Assembly (NCBI GenBank): GCA_029252325.1
Contig: JAQXBQ010000260.1
Location: 1-51,474 of the forward strand
DNA from: Akkermansiaceae bacterium
Lineage (GTDB): Bacteria > Verrucomicrobiota > Verrucomicrobiia > Verrucomicrobiales > Akkermansiaceae
DNA length: 51,474 nt
Direction: 5' to 3'
The notes below the pieces were generated by a model. That model made no database searches and was not told the origin of the DNA. It saw only the letters and a program-made list of their open reading frames with translations. Shown here piece by piece: positions 37,512-45,927 of the stretch. Numbering within the stretch: position 1 is the first letter of the stretch; every line of letters starts with the position of its first letter. A program made the translations under genes and the position numbers.

Positions 37512-38285
37512 GCCAAGGCCGAGCAGGGCGGTGGAGGAGGGCTCGGGGACGGCAGTCACCAAGAAATGTTCCATGGCCACCCCCGTATTTGATATGGTAG
37601 AGGTCGATTCTACGAAGAATCCAAAGGACTGGGCACTGACGATATCCGGCGTGCTTGCAGCACCTATAGTGTCAACTCCTGCACTGAACGTTGTGTAGGA
37701 ACTCCAGGACAAGCTGGATGCTGATCCAGAAAAGCTGTCCAAACCTGAGGCGGGAGCTGTGACAGAGAAGGACTGGCTGATGTGCCACTGGCCCGCGCTG
37801 TCTTCCAACAGAAAGCGCATGGACCCGGTGTCCGCGGCTGAGCGCAACTGCCCCTCCCAGGTAAAGTTGTAATCCTTATAACCCGTCGAACTGCTGAGGG
37901 TGTGAACCCCACTTTCCCAGGCGAACATGGCTTCGACCCCAACGGCACCTGAGCCCTGTATGAACATACGGTCACCGGGAGTTGTACGATCCTGCATCTG
38001 GTGAGTTGTACCACTCGTAGTGTGGGCACCATTGTAGGTGGGCGTGCGGTCGACAGCACTGGGATAGTAACTGGCTCCGACCGTTGGGTTGATCGAAGCG
38101 CCGTCCGAATAGGTTGTCGCCGTTGTACCCGTGGTATTGCCTGGGACTATACCCTGGTCTCCACCCGATTCACCCCAGTGAACAAGGGTCGTAGCCGCCG
38201 GTAATGCGGTGGCGGAGATGAGAAGGGCCGAGGCTGCGAGGAGGCTTGTGGTTTTCATGGGTTTCATGGGTTTCATGGGTTTCAT
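37476..38285 (-). CDS. PEP-CTERM sorting-domain surface protein
   Basis: C-terminal VPEPSSTALLGLGGLALMLRRKRS; signal peptide; real start may be any of four repeated ATGs (38258-38285). Confidence 0.95.
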   Translation of the reverse strand: MKPMKPMKPMKTTSLLAASALLISATALPAATTLVHWGESGGDQGIVPGNTTGTTATTYSDGASINPTVGASYYPSAVDRTPTYNGAHTTSGTTHQMQDRTTPGDRMFIQGSGAVGVEAMFAWESGVHTLSSSTGYKDYNFTWEGQLRSAADTGSMRFLLEDSAGQWHISQSFSVTAPASGLDSFSGSASSLSWSSYTTFSAGVDTIGAASTPDIVSAQSFGFFVESTSTISNTGVAMEHFLVTAVPEPSSTALLGLGGLALMLRRKRS

Positions 38286-38288
38286 GGG
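38253..38288 (-). repeat. 9-bp tandem repeat (CCCATGAAA x4) at the start codon
   Basis: TTTCATGGG x4 on + strand, giving MKPMKPMKPMKT. Confidence 0.9.
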
Positions 38289-38342
38289 TTTTATTGGTTT
38301 TTGGGGTTGGTGTTTTTTGAAAAAACTATTGATCAGACGAGA

Positions 38343-38391
38343 AGTTTACTGCGTGTAGACGATTTTGTCTACCTGCCCGTTTAGGTAGGTA
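38343..38391 (-). promoter_or_regulatory. sigma70-like promoter P1 (TAGACA-17-TAAACT) with overlapping palindrome ACCTGCC-N6-GGTAGGT
   Basis: -35 at 38366-38371, -10 at 38343-38348, inverted repeat 38370-38391. Confidence 0.6.
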
Positions 38392-38428
38392 TGTTGCCCA
38401 AGCATAAAATGACTGCTGATCACTGGTC

Positions 38429-38475
38429 ATAATATTCATTTCTGGAATGTTGTCCACCTACCTGTTTTGGGGGGT
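38429..38475 (-). promoter_or_regulatory. second promoter/operator copy P2 (TGGACA-16-TATTAT; ACCTACC-N6-GGGGGGT)
   Basis: Imperfect ~31-bp direct repeat of the P1 operator/-35 region, 85 bp away. Confidence 0.5.
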
Positions 38476-38638
38476 ATGCTTCTGGCCCGGATATGAGGCA
38501 TTGTTCATGTGCCGAGGCAGACGGATGAATCTTCACGCTTCTGCAGATCATGATGAATCAAGCGTAAGCTGAGGGAGCAGGATATCTTTGCGTGATCCTT
38601 GTTGCCGCCTAGAGGCTCAGGCTTTATAAGCAAAACCG

Positions 38639-40624
38639 ATGTTCTTTACTTTTCCAGGCCGCCTTGCCTTGATGACCTGCCTGATTGCGCTGCTCACGGC
38701 CAACTTGCAGGCCGAGGAGGAACGCGGGCAGCATTCCGCGGCTGGTCTGGAAGAAAAGCTGGCTAGCATTGACCGGGAGCTCGGGCAGCTGGCACGCCCG
38801 AACATGCGCAGCGGAGCGGGGTCCATTGGCTATCGCTCGTTTCCCGCTCACGGCGAGCCTGATCATGAGGAATGGTTCCAGGTGGAACTGGGGCAAGTAA
38901 GAACGGTTGATCGGGTTGTTCTGGTTCCCACCATTTGGCGGGATTCAAAGCACGGCCCCGTTGCCGATGGTTTTCCTCTGGAGTTCCGGGTGCTCGCGGG
39001 CACGGGAGAGGACAGTGAGGGCGAGGTGATCGCGTCCTTTACTAAGGACGACCAGCTGTTGCCGCGCTCCGCGCCCCTGGTAATCCCGTGCCAGGTGGAG
39101 GCCCGCTGGATCAGGGTGGAGGCCACGCGGCTCTCGGCCCGGCACTTTGATGGCCGCTATAATCTGGAGCTAGCTGAGCTGATGGTCTTTGAGGGGGATG
39201 AAAATGTGGCACTCCATTGTCCGGTGAGGGTGTCCGGAAAAATTCCCGGCCCAGGTGCACGAGAGCCGCAATACTTGGTGGACGGGTTCATGCCGTATAA
39301 CATGGAAAGCCAGTCGGGCAACGGAACGGCGGCTTATTTCTCAAAGCATGAGCCTGACGAGGAGGTGCAGATCACCCTGGATCTCGAGGGCATCCATGAG
39401 CTCAACCAGATCAATCTGCACGCGGTGGATATTCACGACACCATACCACATGACCAGCAGGCCGGCTTTGGCTTTCCTGATGAGCTGGTGGTAGAGGGGG
39501 GCATGAAGGCGGATTTCTCCGATGCGCAGACCCTGTGCCGCTATGTGAAGGACTCCTATAATGTGGGGCCGATTGTGATGCAACGTTTCCCCAAGAAGAG
39601 CTGCCGCTATGTCCGGCTGAGAGTCGTGCGCCCGGCACGAGTTGAGGGTGAGAAGACTGGAACAGGTTTTGCGGAGATCGAACTGCTCGCAGGGGGCAAA
39701 AACGTGGCCCGGGGACGTTTGCCCCGGGTGATGGGATTGAAGGTCACCGGGATACGGCAGCCATCAAGCATAACGGATGGACGCAACATCCGCGGTGTCA
39801 TTCTGCCGCTGCGGCAATGGATGGAGCAGCTGGCCCTGCATCATGATCTGGAGCGCAGCCGCCCGGCCCTGGCCGCTGAATTGCAAGGTCTCTATGAAGC
39901 ACAGAGAGAGAGGCTGCGCTATTTCGGCTGGGTGATCGCCATCCTGGTGGCGGCCGTGGTGTTTATCATCCTCATCGACCTTCTGCTGCGCCAGCGTCAG
40001 GCCGCCCGCCTCAAGGAACGCTTTGCCGCTGATCTGCATGATGAGCTGGGGGCGAACCTGCACACCATTGTTTTGTTGGGTGATGTTGCGGCGAAAAAAT
40101 CCAATGCCCTGCCGGAGGAAATAACCGGCTTGATCGAGCGCATGCAGGCAACGGCGAAACGCTCCGCCTTTGCGGTGGAGCACGTCACGGATCTGCAGGT
40201 TGCTGGCAGGATATGCAAGAACCTGCCCGTGGACATGCGCCGGGCTGCGGAGCGCATTGTGGTGGAGCTCAAGCACGATTTTTCCGTGGAGGGTGAGGAA
40301 CACCTGGCAAAGGTCCACCCGCGTGACCAGGTGAATCTGTTTCTCTTTTACAAGGAGTGCCTGATCAACAGCTGCCGCCATTCCGGAGCCACCGAGCTCA
40401 GCACCCGTCTGGTGATCAGGGCGAGGAGTCTCGAGCTCTCTGTGACTGACAATGGCAGTGGCCCGGACGATGGGGCCGGTGGGCGCGATCAGGAAGTTCC
40501 GCTCTCACTCACACGGCGCGCCAAGTTCCTCGGAGCTCGCGTCACCCGCACCCGGCCACCGGGTGGTGGATCATGCATCACGCTGAACATGCGCACCTGG
40601 AACCACTGGCTGCGGCGACGCTAA
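38639..40624 (+). CDS. HisKA_3 sensor histidine kinase with tandem discoidin/F5-8C-like periplasmic domains
   Basis: Signal peptide; WFQVELG..RTVDRVVL, ARWIRV, LAELMVF...NVAL, ITLDL, CRYVRL, FAEIE; one TM helix; H-box ADLHDELGANL; KECL.N..RH; TDNGSG. Confidence 0.88.
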   Translation: MFFTFPGRLALMTCLIALLTANLQAEEERGQHSAAGLEEKLASIDRELGQLARPNMRSGAGSIGYRSFPAHGEPDHEEWFQVELGQVRTVDRVVLVPTIWRDSKHGPVADGFPLEFRVLAGTGEDSEGEVIASFTKDDQLLPRSAPLVIPCQVEARWIRVEATRLSARHFDGRYNLELAELMVFEGDENVALHCPVRVSGKIPGPGAREPQYLVDGFMPYNMESQSGNGTAAYFSKHEPDEEVQITLDLEGIHELNQINLHAVDIHDTIPHDQQAGFGFPDELVVEGGMKADFSDAQTLCRYVKDSYNVGPIVMQRFPKKSCRYVRLRVVRPARVEGEKTGTGFAEIELLAGGKNVARGRLPRVMGLKVTGIRQPSSITDGRNIRGVILPLRQWMEQLALHHDLERSRPALAAELQGLYEAQRERLRYFGWVIAILVAAVVFIILIDLLLRQRQAARLKERFAADLHDELGANLHTIVLLGDVAAKKSNALPEEITGLIERMQATAKRSAFAVEHVTDLQVAGRICKNLPVDMRRAAERIVVELKHDFSVEGEEHLAKVHPRDQVNLFLFYKECLINSCRHSGATELSTRLVIRARSLELSVTDNGSGPDDGAGGRDQEVPLSLTRRAKFLGARVTRTRPPGGGSCITLNMRTWNHWLRRR

Positions 40625-40644
40625 AACGAAGATCACTTTTTAAT

Positions 40645-41295
40645 ATGAAAAAAACAAACATCATGCTCGTCGAGGACAACCCCGACTACCGGCAGGCCGT
40701 CAGCCTGGCCCTTGAAGATGAGCCTTGGATCAAGGATATGCGGATTTTTGGCGCTGCGGAGGTCGCCCTGCGTGCTTTGCAAGCGGACCGGGAAGAACCC
40801 GCACCCGGCATCATCCTGCTCGACATCAGTCTGCCCGGCCTGAGTGGAGTCGAGGCCATTCAGCAATTTCAATCCCTGTGCCCCGAAGCAAGCATCATCA
40901 TGTTGACCCAGTCAAACCGTGAGGCCGACGTCATCGAGGCCGTGCGGCAGGGTGCGGCAGGGTATCTGCTGAAATCCTCCTCGATGGATGAGCTTATCGA
41001 TGGGGTTCGCACGGTGATGCAGGGCGGGGCTCCGCTCGATCCGGCGGTCACGAAGCATGTGATTAAGGCTCTCAGTGGTCAACAGGATCAAGCGGCTGCA
41101 GAACATGATCTTTCCCCACGTGAGTTGGAAATGCTCCAGCTGATGAGTGAGGGGATGCTCAAGAAGCAAATTGCGAATCAGCTCAAGATCAGTGAGCACA
41201 CCGTGGCCTTTCACATTAAGCATGTTTACCGGAAATTAGACGTCAACAACTCTCCCGCCGCTGTCAGCAAGGCTCACCGTGCCGGTATTCTCTAA
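40645..41295 (+). CDS. NarL/LuxR-family response regulator
   Basis: IMLVEDN, ILLDISLPG, MLT, GAAGYLLK; LSPRELEML...G...KQIA.QL.ISEHTV HTH. Confidence 0.95.
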   Translation: MKKTNIMLVEDNPDYRQAVSLALEDEPWIKDMRIFGAAEVALRALQADREEPAPGIILLDISLPGLSGVEAIQQFQSLCPEASIIMLTQSNREADVIEAVRQGAAGYLLKSSSMDELIDGVRTVMQGGAPLDPAVTKHVIKALSGQQDQAAAEHDLSPRELEMLQLMSEGMLKKQIANQLKISEHTVAFHIKHVYRKLDVNNSPAAVSKAHRAGIL

Positions 41296-41353
41296 TGTGG
41301 AATGCGGCCAGCAGACAATAACCCCCGCCGTGATCAGCCGGAGCCCTAGCCCG

Positions 41354-43345
41354 CTAGAAAAACGGCAACCAGCTCCTGATGGCAATAACTAGAGTGATGC
41401 GGCTACCGCGGCCAGTGTCTTCCACAGGACTCTCGATGCGCAGCGTGCCGCGGAGTATTTTGGCACGGCGCTTGATGGACGGCGGCACCGAGCCGGGTGA
41501 CAAGCCACGGCCGTTGTCGGTGATGCTGATGATGAGCTTACCACGCTGGGCATGGATACTTGCATCAAACTTGTCTGCCTTGGCATGGCGGCTGATGTTC
41601 ACCAGGCACTCCTTGTAAAAAAGAAACAGGCCAGCGCGGCGCAATGGCTTGAGCATGGCAACCTGCTCTTTGTCATCAACCGTGATATTGTAATCATATC
41701 CTTCCATCATTCGGTGGGCAATGCGGTGCATATCCTCCTCAAAGTCGCTGAGCGGAGTGTGGGGCTCCAGCGTATCAGAGCAGTGCCGCACCGAGGCTGC
41801 GGTGCGCTCGGTGGTATCACGAATCTCGCCGACGACGTCGAGCAGCGAACTCTGCTCATAATCTGCAGCAACCAGCGCCGCCTCCTCACGAGCAATGTCA
41901 CTCAGCAAACCGATAGCATGAAGATTAGCCCCCACCTGATCATGCAGGTCCGCGGCCAATCGCTGCCGCAAGCCATTCATCTGACGCAAACGTATGATAT
42001 GACTGAGCAGGATAATAATGACCAAGGCCCCACCAATCAGAAAGGAGAAATTTTTCAGCAAGGTATAGTGCTGTTCTTGCTCCGCATAGAGCTGATCAAC
42101 CCTACCCATGAGCCGTGGACGTTCTGTCAAGAGATCATGACGTAGCGCAAGTTGCTCAATCCAATCACGAGTATTGATAATTCTGCCAAACGCATTGAAC
42201 CCATCCGTCATTTGTAACGGCAAATTATGAATCTGCTCAGCCTCAAAACCAGGGCTTAACTCAATCCCTGCGAGCACATTCCCCCCTTCGGACAAGACCT
42301 CAATCTCAGCAAAACCGATCATATTGACAATCATACCCGTCTCCGCTGTATCTACTAAGTCCCCCTTCGGTACGGTGATACGTAAATAACGACAAGCATG
42401 CTTAGGAAAGCGCCGGCAGACGATGGATGAAACATCATACATCGTCTGCTGTTCATATTCATAGATGACTTGAGCATCTGAAAAATCCGCCTGCACAGCA
42501 CCTTCTAAAACAAGTCGACGCGGAAAAGCAAAATTAGCACGGTTAGCTTGGGGAATCGTGTCACTGACATCAATACCGTGTAAATGCAGACCATTAATAG
42601 GAATTACTTCACCGAGATCAGCTGTGAAATTTACCACCTCCCCCGCCATGATCCTGACAAAATAGGCAGTGCTTTTATTTCCTGGCACGTTCATCAAGTA
42701 AGGCAGCGAGCCATCTACAAGATATGCCTTTTGCCTGGCTCCCGCATGAAGATCACCTCGTGACGAAGTACTGACACTGCAACCTAAGGCCAAATTTTCC
42801 TTATCTTGAAATACCATTATTTCGGCCAGTTGCAGCACCTTTTCACCATTCCAAGCCAATGTGCCTAGCTCAGTAGCAACTACTTTGACCCACGAGGCTC
42901 GGGTTCCAGGGCATGCAATGGTCAGCGGGGCAATACGAGGCAAGACCATGTCCTTTCGGTCAAAAGAAGCGATCAGCTTGCCCTCCGAATCACCCTCAAC
43001 TCCAGCAAAGATCTGAAAACTCAGCGGAAAACCATCCGCAATATAGCTGTTGTAGCTGCCACGCGACAGGGCAGGCACGACAGCGATAAGATCAATGTCC
43101 TGCTCGCTACCCAAATCAACGCGAATCCATTCGGTGTGGTCTACATCGATATGTGCCTGTGAACGCCAACCGATAGGACCAACACTCGTCTGCAAGCTGA
43201 AAGAAGCGAGCCCCTTCAGCTTCCTGTCCATCACCTTCAGTCGGTCGAGCAGGGCATCGATATCCTCCTCCTTGGCACATAGGCCACCCGCCAGCATCGG
43301 GATGGCGCAACAGAGCAACAGAATGAATCGAGAATAGAGATACAT
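41354..43345 (-). CDS. HisKA_3 sensor histidine kinase with tandem discoidin-like periplasmic domains (paralog of 38639-40624)
   Basis: EWIRVDLG, ADGFPL.F.I.AG, LAEIMVF...NLAL, YLVDG, H-box ADLHDQVGANL, LFLFYKECLVNISRH, TDNGRG. Confidence 0.88.
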   Translation of the reverse strand: MYLYSRFILLLCCAIPMLAGGLCAKEEDIDALLDRLKVMDRKLKGLASFSLQTSVGPIGWRSQAHIDVDHTEWIRVDLGSEQDIDLIAVVPALSRGSYNSYIADGFPLSFQIFAGVEGDSEGKLIASFDRKDMVLPRIAPLTIACPGTRASWVKVVATELGTLAWNGEKVLQLAEIMVFQDKENLALGCSVSTSSRGDLHAGARQKAYLVDGSLPYLMNVPGNKSTAYFVRIMAGEVVNFTADLGEVIPINGLHLHGIDVSDTIPQANRANFAFPRRLVLEGAVQADFSDAQVIYEYEQQTMYDVSSIVCRRFPKHACRYLRITVPKGDLVDTAETGMIVNMIGFAEIEVLSEGGNVLAGIELSPGFEAEQIHNLPLQMTDGFNAFGRIINTRDWIEQLALRHDLLTERPRLMGRVDQLYAEQEQHYTLLKNFSFLIGGALVIIILLSHIIRLRQMNGLRQRLAADLHDQVGANLHAIGLLSDIAREEAALVAADYEQSSLLDVVGEIRDTTERTAASVRHCSDTLEPHTPLSDFEEDMHRIAHRMMEGYDYNITVDDKEQVAMLKPLRRAGLFLFYKECLVNISRHAKADKFDASIHAQRGKLIISITDNGRGLSPGSVPPSIKRRAKILRGTLRIESPVEDTGRGSRITLVIAIRSWLPFF

Positions 43346-43499
43346 GCAAAAGAAAGAGCATTAGGATATCCCGCGAATCAGAAACCGCAAGCACGGTCAT
43401 TCGACTAACTTTGCTCCAAAATGAATAATGTTCAAAGAATGGGCCGATGGCCACAGCTTGAAACTCTGCTTCATGAGTGGGCATCGCCAATCCTGCCAG

Positions 43500-43546
43500 C
43501 ATCACCCAGAAGGGTGATGGACAAAAGCGAAAAATGTGTATATTAT
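43500..43546 (+). promoter_or_regulatory. sigma70-like promoter (TGGACA-17-TATTAT) with overlapping perfect palindrome CATCACC-N6-GGTGATG
   Basis: Palindrome 43500-43519, -35 at 43518-43523, -10 at 43541-43546, upstream of the PEP-CTERM gene. Confidence 0.65.
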
Positions 43547-43630
43547 TATAAATAATGCTCTTGTATTGATTAGTTTTTCTTAATAATTAACAAATCCTCT
43601 CTCTTCAATAACAAACCCAACTCCACTACC

Positions 43631-45064
43631 ATGAAAATCAGGCACTACATAACCAACAGTCTTCTCACCCTGATGAGCACAGTGACGATCGCACATGCGG
43701 CGACGCTTAATTGGGACGGCAGTTTTGACAACACCTGGAACACCGGAGCGAACTGGGATACCAACACCACACCCGGTAGTGGAGACACCATCAACATCGG
43801 CAGCGGCAATACGGTGACTCATAACCACAGCCAGTTCTTGCCCGGAGGAGGCGCAATCATCAATCTGGATGGTGAATTGAGTGCCGGCGTATTGCGATGG
43901 AGTAGCAGCACCACCAATGTCGGCTCCACCGGCATCATCTCCGGCGGCTTCAAGGACCTCAACAGTGCTACTTTTAACTTTGATGATGGTGCCCAGTTCA
44001 CTGCCAGCAACTGGGAGCACAAGGGAACCAACGTGTTCAACTTCAACCTGAGTAGCACCGGATTTAGTGCCCTAACACCCGGTCAACTCAATTCCAACGG
44101 CGCTGTCTCGACCACCTACAGTGCCGACATGGCCAGTTACACTGGCGGGAACAATGTAGTCACACTAGTGGACTTCGGCAGCGATGGCATCGGCCTCAAC
44201 AATGCAACCTTCACCGGTGGCGGTCAGTATTCTCTCAGTGTCAACAATCCGGGTAATGATAGCGGTGCGCTCTACTTTGACAACATAGACAAGGCGGTCC
44301 GGCTCAACGTTAACCAGACCAAGGTTTGGACGGGCGGTGCGGCAGGCTTTAATACCACAGGAAACTGGATTGGAGCCTCTGACCAGTCGGGACCCGTCAG
44401 TGGTGTGGATAACATCCTTCTCGATACTGCGGTAGCCACCATGAACCAAACCATGACCAGTCCATTCACCATTGCCGACGGACGCAGCTTTGAGGCGGTT
44501 GGCTCTGGCACACATACCCTGCGTCTGCAATCAACCCTGACCATCGAAAGCGGCGGCACTCTGGATTTTACCACTGGTGGCAATCACGTTATTGCCGAAA
44601 GTAGTAACAACGCGGCGCGCTTTACTGTTCACTCAGGAGCTGACGTTAATCTGTGGCGACTGTTCAGTGGCAACGGCTGGACCTTTGAGTTCATCTCCGG
44701 AACAGATGGTGTCAGCACGGTTGGGATCAATGGTGGTTTCTGGCTGCGCGCCGGCGCTGACCTGGAAGTCGATGTATCCGGGCGTGGGGGCGGATACTTC
44801 AGCGAAACCCTCTTTGATTACGACACCCTGTTCGAAGCAAGCTCATTTGATCAGGAAAGCATCAGCTACGGCAACTACGGAGACCTGACGTTGAGTAGCT
44901 TCGATCCTCTGGGAGACGTCACAGCTCTGGACTTCGGCACCTACTGGATTGACTACACCACGGGTACCGACATCACGCTGTTCTATTTCGTGCCCGAGCC
45001 TTCCTCCACTGCACTATTAGGCCTCGGAGGCCTTGCCCTGATGCTGCGCCGCAAGCGCAGCTGA
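43631..45064 (+). CDS. PEP-CTERM surface protein with beta-helix/autotransporter-passenger-like repeats
   Basis: Signal peptide; W.G....WNT..NW motif twice; G/N/T/S-rich; C-terminal VPEPSSTALLGLGGLALMLRRKRS. Confidence 0.93.
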   Translation: MKIRHYITNSLLTLMSTVTIAHAATLNWDGSFDNTWNTGANWDTNTTPGSGDTINIGSGNTVTHNHSQFLPGGGAIINLDGELSAGVLRWSSSTTNVGSTGIISGGFKDLNSATFNFDDGAQFTASNWEHKGTNVFNFNLSSTGFSALTPGQLNSNGAVSTTYSADMASYTGGNNVVTLVDFGSDGIGLNNATFTGGGQYSLSVNNPGNDSGALYFDNIDKAVRLNVNQTKVWTGGAAGFNTTGNWIGASDQSGPVSGVDNILLDTAVATMNQTMTSPFTIADGRSFEAVGSGTHTLRLQSTLTIESGGTLDFTTGGNHVIAESSNNAARFTVHSGADVNLWRLFSGNGWTFEFISGTDGVSTVGINGGFWLRAGADLEVDVSGRGGGYFSETLFDYDTLFEASSFDQESISYGNYGDLTLSSFDPLGDVTALDFGTYWIDYTTGTDITLFYFVPEPSSTALLGLGGLALMLRRKRS

Positions 45065-45082
45065 TCCGCCTCCGGCGGACGA
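45029..45082 (+). repeat. 54-bp repeat copy B (PEP-CTERM tail + 3' hairpin)
   Basis: GGCCTTGCCCTGATGCTGCGCCGCAAGCGCAGCTGATCCGCCTCCGGCGGACGA. Confidence 0.9.
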
Positions 45083-45121
45083 CGAGCGATGAAGGATGAG
45101 CGATAGCCGCAAGCCGGCTTC

Positions 45122-45156
45122 AACCAAGAACTAGGAACCAAGAACTAGGAACCAAG
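45122..45156. repeat. heptamer tandem repeats (AACCAAG/AACTAGG alternating)
   Basis: Five units directly visible. Confidence 0.85.
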
Positions 45157-45224
45157 AGCGCTGCCAGCCGCCGACGTTGTCAGGGCTAGCGGCTCCCTAC
45201 TTAAACTAAATCCGCCCCGCGGAT

Positions 45225-45908
45225 TCAATCTCCCTCTTTGATGGGAAGAATTCCGCTCTCGTAGGCCTTGCGAACGGCCGCCGGAGCATTTGATACACTG
45301 AGCTTATCGTATATGTGTCTAATGTGGGTAACCACGGTATTTTCCGTGATAGTCAAGGCCCTCGCTATTTCCTTACGCAACAAACCGCGACTGATATGCT
45401 CAAGAACTTCGAGTTCACGTGCACTGAGTTGGCTTCCTGATAAGCTACATGACCCACTGTTTTGAATCTGATCCAACAAATACTTTGCAATACTTGGATC
45501 TAAGATAGCGCCCCCCTGAACCACGGTGCTAATCGCATCTCTGATTTCTTGCATTGAGGCTGATTTTAGCAAGTAACCAGATGCTCCCAGTTGAATAGCT
45601 TCGATAACGTCAGCTCGCTTATCTGACTGAGTAAGCACCACAATTTTGGCGTGTGGTGCATATTGCTCAATCCAGCTCATCGACTCAAGTCCCTGCATCT
45701 TGGGAAGACCCAGATCAAGCAAGATAATATCGATATCATTAACAGCATCTGGCCTCTGCAGTTCTGCCAAGGCTTGCTCGGCACTGCCGAATTTACCAAC
45801 GAGCTCATAACCCTTACTGCGCTCCATCGTCATGGAGATCGCACGCCGATATTCGGGATTGTCCTCAATGAGGATAATCTTAATGGCTTGAGCTGGCGCA
45901 GTAGTCAT
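45225..45908 (-). CDS. NarL/LuxR-family response regulator (paralog of 40645-41295)
   Basis: IILIEDNPEYR, ILLDLGLP, VLTQS, GASGYLLK, LSARELEVL...G..RKEIA HTH. Confidence 0.95.
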   Translation of the reverse strand: MTTAPAQAIKIILIEDNPEYRRAISMTMERSKGYELVGKFGSAEQALAELQRPDAVNDIDIILLDLGLPKMQGLESMSWIEQYAPHAKIVVLTQSDKRADVIEAIQLGASGYLLKSASMQEIRDAISTVVQGGAILDPSIAKYLLDQIQNSGSCSLSGSQLSARELEVLEHISRGLLRKEIARALTITENTVVTHIRHIYDKLSVSNAPAAVRKAYESGILPIKEGD

Positions 45909-45927
45909 AATAGTGGGTTTCGGCTAG

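Noticed and set aside
38290-38640. Sigma54 (-24/-12) promoter expected for PEP-CTERM genes
   Set aside because: No convincing TGGCAC-N5-TTGC was found; sigma70-like boxes fit better.
37458-45082. Composite transposon or shufflon bounded by the inverted repeats
   Set aside because: No transposase or recombinase in the window, and the repeats are gene tails; inversion would not change either protein.
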